Below, one piece after another: positions 1 through 14,386 of a stretch of DNA of 64,000 bases (the first letter of the stretch is position 1; each line of letters begins with the position of its first letter). The stretch is from Octopus vulgaris (lineage: Eukaryota), in assembly GCA_951406725.2 (NCBI GenBank), contig OX597817.1, forward strand, positions 12,152,001 through 12,216,000, read 5' to 3'. A model generated the notes under the pieces. It worked only from the letters and a program-made list of their open reading frames with translations, searched no databases and was not told the DNA's origin. Both the position numbers and the translations under genes were made by a program.

Positions 1-435
1 TCAAATGACTGAAACAAGTAGAAAAAAGTAAACGAATATATGTGTGTGTGTGTGTGTGAATGTGTTGTGTGTGTGTGTGTACCCAGAATTTAAACACTTA
101 GGAAGAACAAAATCAGAAATGTAATAACAAAGAAAGAAGTCAGATTACAATAACTAGAATGGCTTTAATGAAATTAGACCATTTTTGGAACAAAGAAAAT
201 ATCCCAACAAGTTGAGTATTATCAGCATCATCATTGTTGTTTTAATGGCCATTTTCTTGTGTCCACATGGGTTAGATGGAGTTCTACAGCTGGATGCGCT
301 TACTGTCAACAACCCTTACTCATTTCCAAGTTAAGTAATATAATGTCTTATCACACAACATCAAGACAAAGAAACACAAGCGCATAAACATATTCACACA
401 TGTTGTATGATCACAGCTGTCCGACAAACAGCAAT

Positions 436-818
436 CTTTCTTTTACTTGTTTCAGTCATTTGACTGTGGCCATGCTGGAGCACCGCCTTTTAGTCGAGCA
501 TATCAACCCCCAGGACTTATTCTTTGTAAGCCCAGTACTTATTCTATTGGTCTCTTTTGCCGAACCGCTAAGTTACAGTGACGTGAACACACCAACATCA
601 GTTGTCAAGCGATGTTGGGGGGACAAACACAGACACACAAACATATACACACACAGGATGGGCTACTTTCAGTTTCCGTCTACCAAATCCACTCACAAGG
701 CATTGGTCGGCCCGAGGCTATAGCAGAAGACACTTGCCCAAGGTGTCACGCAGTGGGACTGAACCCGGAAGCATGTGGTTAGTAAGCAAGCTACTTACCA
801 CACAGCCACTCCTACGCC
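436..818 (-). mobile_element. tRNA-derived SINE family A
   Basis: Reverse complement has head GG(C)GCAGGAGTGGCTGTGTGG (A-box) ... GGTTCAGTCC (B-box), TTGGGCAAGTG, a central (TA/TG)n tract and tail ...ACTGAAACAAGTAAAAGAG. Recurs many times in the window. Confidence 0.85.
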
Positions 819-1637
819 TATGTAAAACTAATGTAAAACTTTCAGTAACAGTTTGAGAAGATTTTTCAGTTTTAATGTAAATTATATTTCTCTACCTTCA
901 GTATTTGAATACAATTTTTTCCCACCTTGTTTCGCATTTGTGCCTACACATGTATCTATACACACAGACACACACACACACACACACACGACAGGCTTCT
1001 TTCAGTTTTCATCTACTCAAAAGTCTTTGGTAATCCTGGAACTATAGGAGAAGATGCTTGCTCAAAGTTCCTCAGAGCAGAACTGAACCCAAAACCATGT
1101 GATTGGGCAGCAAACTTTTCAACCACCAGCCATGCCTGTGCCTTTGGAATTAAATTGGACCGACATGACCAGAATTCAAACTTGGGTTACCATGGTCAGA
1201 ATATGCAGTGCTAACCACTCAACAATTATGAACACACTGATTCTTTGTCAAAGCCAAAATTTCTCTTTACCAATGCTACTAACATATTTGGAAAAAGCAT
1301 GAAGGCAACATATTCTGAAATTTCGCTTCTCTATGAAAGTGTGACCTACTGCCTGAATAAGAAATCAAGTGATTCATTAGTATTTTGTGCAGGTAAGATA
1401 TGGTGGGGACAGTGAGGTACTCAAGCTTGGCAACATGTCTGTATCTACTAATAGTATTATCATGCCAAAAGGTACCAATCTATAACAAAGTAATGATAGT
1501 GAAAATTAGGTGCTTAATCCCCAAGGTTACCTACCTACCTACTTACCTTCTGAACTATCTACCAACTTACTTACCAAGCAAGGGTACTGAGCTAAGAAGT
1601 GTAGTAAAATTACATACATCATAACAGCAATCACTGA

Positions 1638-1674
<37 letters not shown>

Positions 1675-3390
1675 AAAAAAACAGAAAAAAAACTGATTGT
1701 ACTCCTCCTCCTCCTCCCTGTGTATTTTATTTATGATGAGTGATCATAAGTTGGCTCACACCCACCTACCCACTCGCCCCACTTGTACATCACATCTAAC
1801 ACCATCACCACTGGTAGGAATAGAGAGGAGAGGAGGATGAAGGCACAACAGGGCTCGGTGGGTAGGAGGGGGTTGCCGAAGTGAAGGTGAGAGGGAGCAA
1901 CCGGAGGGGGGAAAAGGAGAGGAGTGAGGGAAGGAGAGAAGTGAAAAGGGAGAATGAGGTAATGATGGGAAGGTGAGAGTAGGGTAATGGTAGGGGGCAG
2001 GGAGGAATAACAAGGTAATAAAGCAAAACAACTAAGGGAGCAGGGAAGAATTATAGAGTATCTTAGAATTTCATCTTTGTTCTAAAAGAGAGAAAACAGA
2101 GAGAGAGAGAGAGACAGAGAGAGACAGAGAGAAAGAGAGAGAGAGAGAGATTGAGTCAAAGGAAATGAGAAACACATGGTTAGCTTCACCACTATGGAGT
2201 AGCAATGGAACAAGGTAGGGATGGTGGGAGTAAATTCCTCAACCATTCCTCTCCTCACCTTGCCACACAACACTACACTAGACTAATCTATACACAAAAA
2301 CACAACTGTAAAACCCCGCCATACATAATATACACACCAAGATAACAATCAATTTACTGTTCTACATACATACGCTCAGCTATGTACAACTACATACATG
2401 CTCATACAAATTATATTTTCATCATTATTGTCATCATCATTATATTATTATTATTATTATCATTATCATTGTAGACTGGCAGAATCATTGGAGCATTGGG
2501 AAAATATGCCTTGCAATATTTCTTCCAGTCTTTACATTCTGAATTCAAATCCCACCAGGGTCAGTTTTGTTTTTTCATCCCTCTGGGGGTCAATAAAGTA
2601 CTACTCAAGTACTGGGGTTGACTTAATCAGATAACCCCTCCACCTATCAAGTTTTGTGTCTTTGTGCCTATCTTTTTATCTTTCACTGGTTTCACTCATT
2701 GGACAGCAGCCATGCTAGGGGCACTAGAGGATATGCCAAACCACTAAATTACAGGCACATAAACAAACCAACACCAGTTGTCAAATAGTAGTGGTGGAAA
2801 CAAATGCAGTTACAAAGATGCACATGCACATAGATATATAATGGGCTTCCACACAGTTTCCATCAACCAATTCCACTCACAAGACATTAAGTCAACCTGG
2901 GAATCTATCAAAGGACACTTTGTTCAAGGTGCCACACCGTGGGACTGAACCTGAAACCATGTAGTTGAGAAGCTTGCCTTGCAACCACATGGTTTCAGAT
3001 TCTTACAGTGGTGCAGCCATGCCTGCACTTCTGTGAGAAATGATTATTAGTATTTTTAAAAAGCCTTCAGATTGTCAGAATTGTCGGAGCACTGGAGAAA
3101 ATGCATTGTAGTATTTTTTCTGACTCTTTACATTCTAAGTTCAAATCCTGTTGTGGTCAACTTGCTCATCGGTTCTTTTTGAGTTGCTAAATTTAATTAC
3201 CTAATCCCATCCCTGCAAAATTGCTGGCCTTGTGCACAAATTAAAAATTATGAATTGAAATATCACAAAAGTCATCTTTGTTTTTCATCTTTTTGGGACC
3301 AAAAAAGCTCAGTACCGGTCATGTATTGGAGTCAATGTAGTCAATAATTCTTCTCAGGCTAATATTTGGCTCTTTGCCTATGCTAGAAAC

Positions 3391-3421
<31 letters not shown>

Positions 3422-3962
3422 GAGTGAGAGAGCAGTGCATGCCATCAAAGTGACACTAGAGTAAAATATACGATGCCCAGTATTCCCATCATGACTACCC
3501 ATCTAATAAGGGTACATCATGCACATGCATCACAATCCTATGTGTGCGACATGGTGATCTCATATCAAAATAAACAGCACATGACTTTGCAGGTGGGACC
3601 CAGTTAGAATTTTCTTCTGGTCGAGAAGCCCATCCCGCTCAAATGTTCTCTGAATAAGGATTGTTTAAGGATGTTGAACGAACCACTCCTGTTTCCGAAG
3701 GTGATTTATCCAAACCTCTAAGAATTCCTTTCAACACACAGCTATGATGCTCCCCCACTACTTCTGCTCATGATCAGAGATGCACATATCGTCAGCCACT
3801 AAGGGACATGGTCAACTGGTTAAGGTCAAACAACTGACAAGCAAATCTGTGGTAGTGAGCAGAATATTTGCTGTAGCCCATCTTTTATACCAAGACAAAA
3901 CAATGTACCTGATAACACTTCCAATCAGTTAAGATCAGAAGCCATGAGAGCCACTGTCTGGT
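3391..3962 (-). mobile_element. Interspersed (AAT)n-tailed repeat, probably a LINE 3' UTR
   Basis: An (ATT)n run abuts TGAGTGAGAGAGCAG.... An opposite-orientation copy at about 24095-25125 is split by a SINE. Confidence 0.55.
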
Positions 3963-5645
3963 ACATCGCCGCCGATCAAACAGTTTCTCCTAACAGTAAC
4001 TAATACAGCAGCTTAAAAATCTCTTCAATTTTCTTTAAGCGATTAAAATTCTGTTAGGAACAAAGTTTTAAGTGTTGAATCTTGTAATGGCCAATCCAAC
4101 ATGATCATAAACAACACAGCTAGAAAACTAACAAAAGCAAGTTTCACTCAAGAGTGACTCATTAGTTATGACTATTAGTGCACTACAATTAATATATATG
4201 ACAGACAAATGCCATGTAATAATCTGTTTCTTGAAAAAACAAAAGAAACTATTACATGCTCAGTGTAATAGTGATTAGTGTCAATTTTTTTTCCATTATT
4301 TGACTGACTTTTGACTACAATGCAGAGAAACCTTGCAATACATTACCGTCATTATTATTATTTACTTATTTACTGAGATAACAGAATGTAATTAGAGGAA
4401 TTAGTTGCTATAAGTAGATTAGGTGACTTTGGATCCACAAGAATTGAAACAAGCAAAACCACATTGGCAACTTTCACTGGGGCTACCTCCTTCGTTTCTA
4501 CATATGCATTCATTTGAAGGGTTCTGTCAAGTGAATGATAACCTTCTTGGTGGCACATAAAAATCACCCAGTACACTCTGTTAAGTGGTTGATGTTAGGG
4601 AGGGTATTCAACCATAAAAATCATACTGAAGCAGACAGTGGAGCTTGGTGCAATTCTTTGGCTTGCCAGCTCCTGTCAAACTGTCCAGCCCACATCAGCA
4701 TATAAAACAGATGCTAAATAATGATGATGATGAAGATCAGACTGAATAGCAAGGGAAATGCAACATGCCTGGACTGTCACATGGCATACTGAAGCAGACA
4801 GTGGAGCTTGGTCTGGGAATTGAAACCGCGATCCTATGACCGCGAGTCCGCTGCCCTAACCACTGGGCCATTGCGCCTCCACATCAATTAATAACACTGA
4901 CATGGAAATGTTAAAATTAAGAAGTATAACCATAAGGATTTCTTTGTTAAGGCACAAACCAATTTTTGTCTCCAGATAAAAATGCACTTATTATCAATAT
5001 GTATAAAGATGTTGGAGTGGTAAAAATTATAGAGTACTGGAATATTACACACAGTCACATCACTGGAAATTAGATGCTGAGATTTACTCATGCCTTGTTC
5101 CTGCCAATAACATATGTTATTTCTCACTAAACATTCCTTTCTTTGAATATTTTTCTAGGTAGTCCAGGTCAAAGTTAAGAAGGGTGGATGGTGCAGAGTA
5201 GTCTTGGGCAAAATTTAAATTTAGTAAAAGTGAGTTATGAAACTCATTGCATTCAAGTATCCAGTCACATATTCTGCTGTCTAAGACACTTCTACACCTT
5301 GCAAAAATGACAATTTGGAACACAAAAACACTACAATATCATATGGTGGCCATTTTTGTTCAAAATGTAATCTATTTTTCTGATTTCCTGTTTGTAGCAA
5401 CACCATCAGCATTACTAAAACCATTATGCCATAAGTACCAACATCAACAGCAATAACAGCTAAAAATAGCAGGCAAAATGTTCCTCAAATCATGCCCTAC
5501 TGTCTTAAATAAAGAAAACTAGGTTTGTTTGATCAGGTCTGGCCTAGAGCTAACAAACAAGAGCAACAGTGATAATACATTAATATCCCCGTTACTCACA
5601 CTCCAACATATCTAAAATACACCAGAAAATGAATACAACACTATT

Positions 5646-6079
5646 ACTCTTTTACTCTTACTCTTTTACTCTTTTACTTGTTTCAGTCATTTGACTGCGG
5701 CCATGCTGGAGCACTGCCTTTATTCGAGCAAATCGACCCCGGGACTTATTCTTTGTAAGCCCAGTACTTATTCTATCGGTCTCTTTTGCCGAACGGCTAA
5801 GTGACAGGGACGTAAACACACCAGCATCGGTTGTCAAGCAATGCTAGGGGAACAAACACAGACACACAAACAAACAAACACACACACATACATATATATA
5901 TAAATACATATATACAACAAGCTTCTTTCAGTTTCCGTCTACCAAATCCACTCACAAAGCATTGGTTGGCCCGAGGCTATAGCAGAAGACACTTGCCCCC
6001 AAGATGCCACGCAGTGGGACTGAACCCGGAACCATGTGGTTGGTAAGCAAGCTACTTACCACACAGCCACTCCTGCGCC
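5646..6079 (-). mobile_element. SINE family A
   Basis: Full-length match to the family A pattern. Confidence 0.85.
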
Positions 6080-6194
6080 TATACTTCAAATAAAAGTCTA
6101 AAGCAATTACCAACAAAAACTAGCACTATCATCAATGACTTCACTAACCCTTAACAACAAAGAATCGAAATTGAACCAATCTTTTGACTGGCAC

Positions 6195-6606
6195 CCGGCA
6201 GATGCCAGGACCCCTGGACTGGAGATACATAAAAAGCACTATCTGAATCATGGCCGATGCCAGCGCCGCCTCGACTGGCGTCCGTGTCAGTGGCACGTAA
6301 AAAGCACCATCCAAATTGTGGCCGAAGCCAGTGCCGCCCCGACTGGCTTCCGTGCAGGTGGCACGTAAAATGCACCAATTCGACCGTGGCCGATGCCAGC
6401 CTCGCCTGGCACCAGTGCAGGTGGCACGTAAAAAGCACCCACTACACTCACGGAGTGGTTGGCGTTAGGAAGGGCATCCAGCTGTAGAAACACTGCCAGA
6501 TAAGACCGGAGTCTGGTGCAGCCTTCGGGCTTCCCAGATCCCCGGTCGAACCGTCCAACCCATGCTAGCATGGAGAACGGACGTTAAACGATGATGATGA
6601 TGATGA
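6195..6606 (+). mobile_element. RTE 3'-UTR tail (5'-truncated copy)
   Basis: Units GGCACGTAAAAAGCACC, core GGTTGGCGTTAGGAAGGGCATCCAGCTGTAG, (GAT)n end. Other copies near 9305-9640(-), 12150-12643, 13200-13393, 32943-33252(-), 38131-38378, 48247-48555(-), 48999-49322(-), 49576-49965, 58180-58473, 60879-61155 and 63580-63878. Confidence 0.8.
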
Positions 6607-7069
6607 TATGAGAAGAGGAACAATAACTGTCACACTTTGAGCACCTCCACTTTGCTAGTTTCTCTTGTTATTCCCCACTTGAACTTGCTCGCATACAACA
6701 GATGTCACACTCAAAACCAACTCCACTTTGCTAGTCTCTGATGTACTTACATCCAGAAACTCATAGCATACAAAAGCAGATAGTGTGATCCTTAAGCAGG
6801 TAGCTGTAGGATATATTTGAAGTGCTGGATCTGATGACTGCACCCAGTAACTCAACTGACTGCATAAGTGTCACAGATTGTTCCAACAAGGCTAAGCTAT
6901 AGATACCCAGTTACAATGCCATCATCACAACTAATATCAATCCTAGTAATAAGACCGATACAACAACAGCAGCAACATTAAACAAAATCAACACCACCAC
7001 CAAAACCAATAACAAAACAGAAACAAAAACAACATAAGCAGTAGAATGATAGCAAGTATAGCTGGCAAG

Positions 7070-7580
7070 TATTGGGTTGTTCAGAAAGTTCATGCCAATT
7101 TACAGTAGCTTACCTTTCGACTTATTTTAGAACATGGTTGAATCCATAAAATAGGATTTGACTACACCTCCATTTAGAGCACAATGTAAGCTATCTTTTC
7201 ATGGAAGAAGATTTATGTTCCTATAACCCGTGTTAATTCTGTAACCCTTTAAAATGGAAGATAAGAAAGTTCCTTTTCAGCACTTGATGCTTTGGGAACC
7301 AGATAAAAATTGCTGCAGCTCGGCTGGGATGTGTTACCCTACCCTCCATATTCACCAGATATTGCTCCTTTGGATTTCCACTTATTCAGGTCTCTGCAGA
7401 GTAGTCTTAAAGGTAAAAATTTCAATTCCTTGGATGACATAAGAAGATACCTTGATGAATTCTTTGTCATGAAACCACCTCAATTCTGGGAAGAGGGTAT
7501 TTTCAAGTTAAAGGAAAGATGGACACGCATGGTGCAACAAAATGGTTCATATTTGATTGATTAAAAATGCAAATATAAGG
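7070..7580 (+). mobile_element. Internally deleted Tc1/mariner transposon remnant
   Basis: An N-terminal-like MEDKKVPFQHLMLWE is joined to C-terminal LGWDVLPYPPYSPDIAPLDFHLFRSLQ...GI.KL.ERW..MV...G.Y. Probable left TIR TATTGGGTTGTTC at 7070; no right TIR seen. Confidence 0.8.
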
Positions 7581-7879
7581 TTAAGAAATTTGATTTGAAG
7601 CCACAAAGTACCAAGTTAGCTTTCGCTGGGCAGATCCTTTAGATGGAATTATTTTGTGAGTAGAATTTAGTAGATGGAAACTGTTGAGAAGCCCATCATT
7701 TAGATGAGATGGTTTGGATTTAAGACTAGACAATTTACACTGGTGCTTGCTCTCTTCATGGTGAAGTAACTCTGCTAGATATAATGCTTTCTTCTTAGGT
7801 AAGAATAAGCTATTACATCTAACATTTGTCATCCAGTAGAAGGAATTTAACAAAGTACTAAGCACTGCACCCATTAGTA

Positions 7880-8065
7880 GCTATGGAAACTAAGTATAGA
7901 TGAATGACTTGTGAGGACCATGCATGCCTTGTACAAAGATACCATCAGCAATGAGCTCAGCAAAGAATATAATATGCAGATATGTGCAGAACAAGGCTCA
8001 GTTCTTAGTCCTCTACTGTATATTATATTTTGCCAGGCCATCACAAAAGAATTTTGAAACTGACA
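7880..8065 (+). pseudogene. Highly decayed RTE RT fragment
   Basis: Translates to WKLSIDE*LVRTMHALYKD...QGSVLSPLLYIIF.QAITKEF. Confidence 0.55.
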
Positions 8066-8239
8066 GTGTGGGGGGACACTTGTGATAATTGTTCTGCACA
8101 GAGTTATAGACAATCCCTTGTCACTCTTACTGTCAGAAATGATGCAGCGAAGCAGTAACTGAATTGTTGGAACCTCATTACCAACCAATCATACCATTGT
8201 TTACCAATTTCAATATAAAATAAGTGAAGTAGAACATAC

Positions 8240-8393
8240 CTCATTACCAGTTGACAAGATGGCCACAGTTGGCTTCTGGAAGCATTTGGCTTGCACCACA
8301 CCAGCAGTTGCTAGAAGTCCAAGTTCTGAAGGTCCAAGTCTTTGGCTCCGTTTCAAGATCTTTTCACCTTGTGGAATATCAGCACCAACAGGC
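8240..8393 (-). CDS. GPHN: Gephyrin E-domain exon: PVGADIPQGEKILKRSQRLGPSELGLLATAGVVQAKCFQKPTVAILSTGNE
   Basis: MoeA motifs GPSE.GLLAT.G and VA..STGNE. Acceptor cttcttcag, donor gtatgt, 154 nt, phase 2/0. Confidence 0.97.
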
Positions 8394-8685
8394 CTGAAGA
8401 AGACAAAGCCTTATGTTGAAATCATGGTGTTATCAATGAATTTAAATCTATGTTCCTTTTTCAGTCGAACAAGCCATAGTTACACATAAGCTTACATTTC
8501 TTGTCTTTCTCTGTCTCTATGTGTAGATATCTATCAATCTGTTTATTCATTTCAATTTCCTCTCTTTCCTTCACACACACAATTACACGTTTTTTCTTGT
8601 CTTCAAATTTTAGTGGTTATATCAATACTACTATCTTCGTACACTCTCTCTTTCTCTCTCTCTCTCCATAAATACCACTTTTCTT

Positions 8686-8867
8686 TTTTTACTTGTTTCA
8701 GTCATTTGACTGTGGCCATGCTGGAGCACCGCCTTTAGTTGAGCAAATCGACCCCGGGACTTATTCTTTGTAAGCCCAGTACTTATTCTATCGGTCTCTT
8801 TTGCCGAACCGCTAGGTGACGGGGATGTAAACACACCAGCATCGGTTGTCAAGCAATGCTAGAGGGA

Positions 8868-8917
<50 letters not shown>

Positions 8918-9038
8918 CATATATACAACAGGCTTCTTTCAGTTTCCGTCTACCAAATCCACTCACAAGGCTTTGGTCGGCCCGAGGCTATAGCAGAAAA
9001 CACTTGCCCAAGATGCCATGCAGTGGGACTGAACCCGG
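8686..9038 (-). mobile_element. SINE family A, 5'-truncated
   Basis: Family A body and tail; head stops near the B-box. Confidence 0.8.
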
Positions 9039-10082
9039 ATCATTTCTTCATAAGGAAATAAAGCTGACACATGAGGATCTAGAACATGTTTCAAAAAATT
9101 AGTAACATATATTGCAATTTAATATTTTATAACCTAACTGAAGGGAAAGGGTTGTAGTTTTAAGAGATGGCCATATCAGATCAAAGGGTTGAAGGCAATA
9201 TGAAAAAAAGGAAAATATTATTGTGGAACCCATATGACTCTTAAGAATCAGTGTTAATGTTTTGCTGTCACCCCAAGGAACCTCAGGAAAAATTCAAGAT
9301 GATGATCATCATCATCATCATCGTTTAACGTCTGCTTTCCATGCTAGCATGGGTTGGACGATTTGACTGAGGATTGGCAAACCAGATGCTGCACCAGGCT
9401 CCAATCTTGATTTGGCAGAGTTTCTACAGCTGGATGCCCTTCCTAGTGCCAATCACTCTGAGAGTGTAATGGATGCTTTTACATTCCACCGGCATGAGGG
9501 CCAGTCAGGCGGTATTGGCAACAGTCATGGAAAAATCATGTTTTTTTTTTACGTGTCACATGCACACCGGCACAAATGCCAGTAAGGCGACGCTGGTAAT
9601 GATCACACTCGAATGGTGCTTTTTACGTGCCACTGGCACGACATATTTCCAATAGTTCATAGAATTAAGATGTTATTCTTCAGTTTTGTGGCTTTTTACT
9701 AGTCAGTGAGGACAATACCCATGGCTGTTTATTTTCTTCAGCTCCAACACAGGCCAAGAGAAAGGGAAGAAGTTATCTACAAATTGTAAACCCTGACCTG
9801 AATGCTTACAACAGAGTGCTAAAGGCACCTAACGATGAATTGATAGTGCTAAAAGATTAAGTATACCATCTAAAACCTTAGAATGCAAATAGCAAATAGG
9901 CAGAAGAAATATTGCAACACACCTAGTCTGATGCTCTAAAATTTCTGCTAATCCAAAACTGTACTGAGCCTAAAAGGCTGAAAAGCGAAACTGATTTTGG
10001 CAAGATTTAAACTCAGCACTCAAAAGCCAGAACAAATACTGCAAAGAAGTTTGTTCTAAGCCATCTCTATAATAGAATTGTA

Positions 10083-10338
10083 CGGCTGCGGGGTCATTCC
10101 GAAAAGCTCTATCTGCGACGATTTCATCTCAATCGAAGGAGAGGGGCTTTCTCCGTCCGGGTTGCGGATCCGTGGAATAAGCTGCCGGAGGAGATGGTGA
10201 AGATGCCAATAACCGCTCGGTCCAAAGTCTCCCTTGACCACAAGTGGCCTGAACTCTTTACATGAACACTAACCTGTACATAACTCCATGTCCTCCTACA
10301 TGGCCTTGCTTTTTGAGCCAAAAAATTAACTAACTAAC
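10083..10338 (+). mobile_element. CR1-group LINE 3' end
   Basis: RLRGHSEKLYLRRFHLNRRRGAFSVRVADPWNKLP with an (ACTA)n tail. A longer near-identical copy is at about 45955-46321. Confidence 0.75.
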
Positions 10339-10463
10339 ATCTGTAGAAGAATAGCATTAATCTTATTGGGATATTGTGACAAGTGTATTAAAAAGTATGA
10401 TTCTACAGCCTATTTCATACAGTAAATTAAAGACCATGATAATATTCATTAGACCAAGCTTAC

Positions 10464-10642
10464 CTGATATCTTGACCTGTAGTTGGTGATTTCTTAATCA
10501 ATACTTCTAACTCCTCTTTCCCATCATTTGCCTTCTTTAGTAATTCAGTATCTTCCACTTGTACGACTGCATCAGCTCCCTGTGGTACAGGGGCCCCAGT
10601 GGTGATACGCATACAATAGGAGGACTCTAGACGGGTCTTCGA
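10464..10642 (-). CDS. GPHN: Gephyrin E-domain exon: [60 protein letters not shown]
   Basis: Canonical MoeA motifs [19 protein letters not shown] and GQDIR. Acceptor gtcttag, donor gtaagc, 179 nt, phase 0/2. Confidence 0.97.
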
Positions 10643-10699
10643 CTAAGACAAAAACAAAACCAAAACAAAATTATTTTAATATTTACAAAAAAGAAATAG

Positions 10700-11678
10700 G
10701 GGATGCTCAGAGAGTGTTACCACTAGAATAAGAATAGCCTGGGCAAAGTTTAGAAAGCTTCTACCCCTACTGGTGACAAAGGGCCTCTCGCTCAGAGTGA
10801 AAGGTAGATTTTATGATGAATGTGTGTGAACTGCCATGCTTCACAGCAGTGAAACATGGGCCATGACTGTGGAGGACATGGGTAAGCTTGAAAGAAATGA
10901 AGCTAGCATGATCTGCTGGATGTGTAATGCCAGTGTGCACACACACCAGAGTGTAAGCACCCTGAGAGAAATGTTGGACATAAGAAGCATCGGATGTGGC
11001 ATGCAAGAGAGATGTTTGCGCTGGTACGGTCATGTACTATGGATGGATGTGTGAAGAAGTGCCACTCCCAAACAGTTGAAGGAATCTGGGGTAGAGGTTG
11101 ACCCAAGAAGACATGGGATGAGGTGGTCAAGCATGACCTTCAAACATTGGGTCTCACAGACGCAATGACAAAAAACAGAGACCTCTGGAGATTTGCTGTG
11201 ACTGCAAAGACCCGGCAAATAAAGTGAGTTCACGGCTGTATCCTCGTGTAACCAGCCCCAGCCCATTCAAAAGTATCTTGGATCGTAGGGCGACCTGCTG
11301 TGCTTGAGTCAAGTACATCAACATCAAAATAAAAATCAAATGGAAATTGTAGTTGTGATACCCATGCCAATGGCACGTAAAAAGCACCATCCGAATGTGG
11401 CCGATGCCAGTGCCACCATTGACTGGCTTCCATGCTGGTGGCACATAAAAAGCACCAACTGATCGTGGCTGCTGACAGCCTCCTCTGGCCCCTGTGCTGG
11501 TGGCACATAAAAAGCACCCACTACACTCACGGAGTGGTTGGCATTAGGAAGGGCATCCAGCTGTAGAAACTTTGCCAGATCAGATTGAGCCTGGTGCAGC
11601 CTCCTGGCTTCCCAGACCCTGGTCGAACTGTCCAACCAATGCTAGAATGGAAAGCGGACGTTAAACGATGATGATGAT
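10700..11678 (+). mobile_element. 5'-truncated RTE LINE (C-terminal ORF remnant + 3' UTR + (GAT)n)
   Basis: MLHSSETWAMTVEDMGKLERNEASM...LRWYGHV followed by the same tail as at 22440-22973. Confidence 0.85.
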
Positions 11679-14099
11679 GAACAACAAAACACACACACAT
11701 GTACATATATACAAACACATATACACATACATAAACACTCACATTGAAAACTGTAGAAGAAATATGAAGATGTTAATTCAAAGACTAACATTATCATGAT
11801 ATTGTTAAAGTGATGATACAGATAATGATGATGGTGTTAGACAATGTAGCTGAAGATGATGATAATCACAATTAAAATAAAGAGGAAGGTCATTATCATC
11901 ATTGTAATGTTCATTTATTCCACACTTGATTGTCAGACGATTCTTTGAGACAGATTTTCTATGGTCAGAGTCCTTTTAGTCACCACTTGTATCCAAGGTA
12001 AGTAATACTTCCACATGGCTGGATATGTTTACAGAGAAGATTGGAAATAAACAACACTGCTTATTCACAACCATTACATGCATATGAACATGTGTGTGTT
12101 TGTGTGTAATATATGCATTACATATATATGTATGTCCGACAAATAATGTGAGTTCATGGCTGTTTCCTGCACCAGCTTCACATAACAGCCCCAGCCCATG
12201 CAAAGTACCTTGGATCGCAGGACAGCCTGCTGTGCTTACCATAGATCGTAGGGTGACCTGCTGTGCTTGAGGAGACCTATTGAGTCAAGTACATCAACAT
12301 CAAAATAAAAATCAAATGGAAATTGTAGTTGTGATACCTGTGCTGGTGGCACGTTAAAAGCACCATCTGAACATGGCCGATGCCAGCGCCACCTTGACTG
12401 GCTTCCATGCTGGTGGCACGTAAAAAGCACCAACTGATCGTGGCTGTTGCCAGCCTACCCTGGCACGTAAAAAGCACCCACCACACTCATGGAGTGGTTG
12501 GCATTAGGAAGGGCATCCAGCTGTAGAAACACTGCCAGATCAGACTGGAGCCTGGTACAGCCTCCTGGCTTCCCAGACCCCGGTCGAGCCATCCAACCCA
12601 TGCTAGCATGGAAAACGGATGTTGAACGATGATAATGATGATGATTATATATATATCATTGTTTAACATCTGCTTTCCATGCTGGCACAGGTTGGACAGT
12701 TTGACATGAAGCCGGCCAGTAGAGGGCTGTCCAGACTCTAGCTGTCTGTTGAGGCATGGTTTCTATGGTTGGATGCCCTTCTTAATGCCAACCACTTAAC
12801 AGAATAAGTTGGGTGCCTTTTAGGTGCCACCAGCACAGGTGAGTCTATGGAGCACTAGTACAGGTGTGTTAATGCAGCACCAGCACAGGTGCATTAACAC
12901 AGCATCGGCACAGGTACTTTTTAAGTGGCACCAGCACCTGAAAGGACAAGCCAGTACATGTGGAAGACAGTTTTATCAAAGACATGATATCTCTAGTGTT
13001 GGTGCCATAATAACTGCCCAGCAACTGTTGAAGGAGCAGAGACAATGCAAGGTTGAGAGAACCATTTAATATTGGCAAAGATATGAAACCTTTCTAGGGC
13101 TGGAGCAATGAAATGACAAAATGCATTCAGTACATTCTGTAAATTGACCAGTGATAAGAAGAGATATCCAGCCATAGAACCAACCCAGATCACTATATAT
13201 CAGCCTCCTCTGGCCCCTGTGCGAGTGGCACGTAAAAAGCACCCACTACACTCATGGAGTGGTTGGTGTTAGGAAGGGCATCCAGCTGTAGAAACACTGC
13301 CAGAACAGACTGGAGCCTGGTGCAGCCTCCTGGCTTCCCAGGCCCCAGTCGAACCATCCAACCCATGCTAGCATGGAAAACGGACGTTAAATGAATATAT
13401 ATATATACACACACACATATATGATTCTGACTTGTTACCACATCTTGTTGAACAGTCCAACTCATGCCAGCACAGATGAACATTAAATAATAATGATGAG
13501 AAGTGCAATAACTCTGAATAAGAACTGACTTGGACCATTTCCAGTATGGAAACAGACACAAAACGATGATGGAAGCTGCATTTCAAAGACTCGTATTGGC
13601 CAGTTATATAACACAAGAATATACACATAAATATATGTAATGCTATTGCAGATGTGTGTGTGTGTGTGTGCACCTGCACATATGAGTGTGCACTACCAGA
13701 CTTGACAACTACAGGGCAATGAAAGGAAGATGTGGAATATGAAAAAAAAAATAGTTTCTAAAGGACTACACTAGGACAGTCTTTGGAGAATGGAGGAATT
13801 CTACCATTCTTATACAATACAGTCTGAAAAATTAAACATTACCATATTAGTTTGTCTATTCTGAACCAGAACAAAAACAAACTCAGCATGCACACACACA
13901 CACACACACACATGCACATACATACACACACACACACACATACACACATATGTATTTATGTTTATTAAACAAAAAGTAAAGAATTCATCAGACCATGAAG
14001 AACTACTGTTGGTTAAGATTTACGACTAACTCTACCAGAAAGTTACTATTAGCAGACTGTATAAATAAATGACAGACAATATATATACATATACATACA

Positions 14100-14138
<39 letters not shown>

Positions 14139-14354
14139 CATAAATACAGCTAACAAACAGTTGGTGGTTGCCACCAATTGTACAGACTTCTTTTAATAGC
14201 ATCCATTAAAATCTAGAATTTCTTCCAGAAATGCTGAGAGAGGAGGGAGGCAACACTTGTGATAAAACTTTGGTAATTATGCTGAAGACCTTGTAGTTCA
14301 TGCAAGTGCTACTAACAAGAACAAAAAACAAAAGAAAACAGCAGCAACAAGAGA

Positions 14355-14386
<32 letters not shown>

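Noticed and set aside
400-856. Recurrent 60-130 aa ORFs (e.g. FSFRLPNPLTRHWSARGYS, LQLDALPNANHS)
   Set aside because: They are translations of SINE A and RTE-tail repeats and recur wherever those repeats occur.
1-8239. Next gephyrin exon (PGKIRDSN region)
   Set aside because: No matching peptide found by eye; ORFs at 4370-4576 and 5117-5323 do not resemble MoeA. It probably lies beyond the left edge, though a diverged exon could have been missed.
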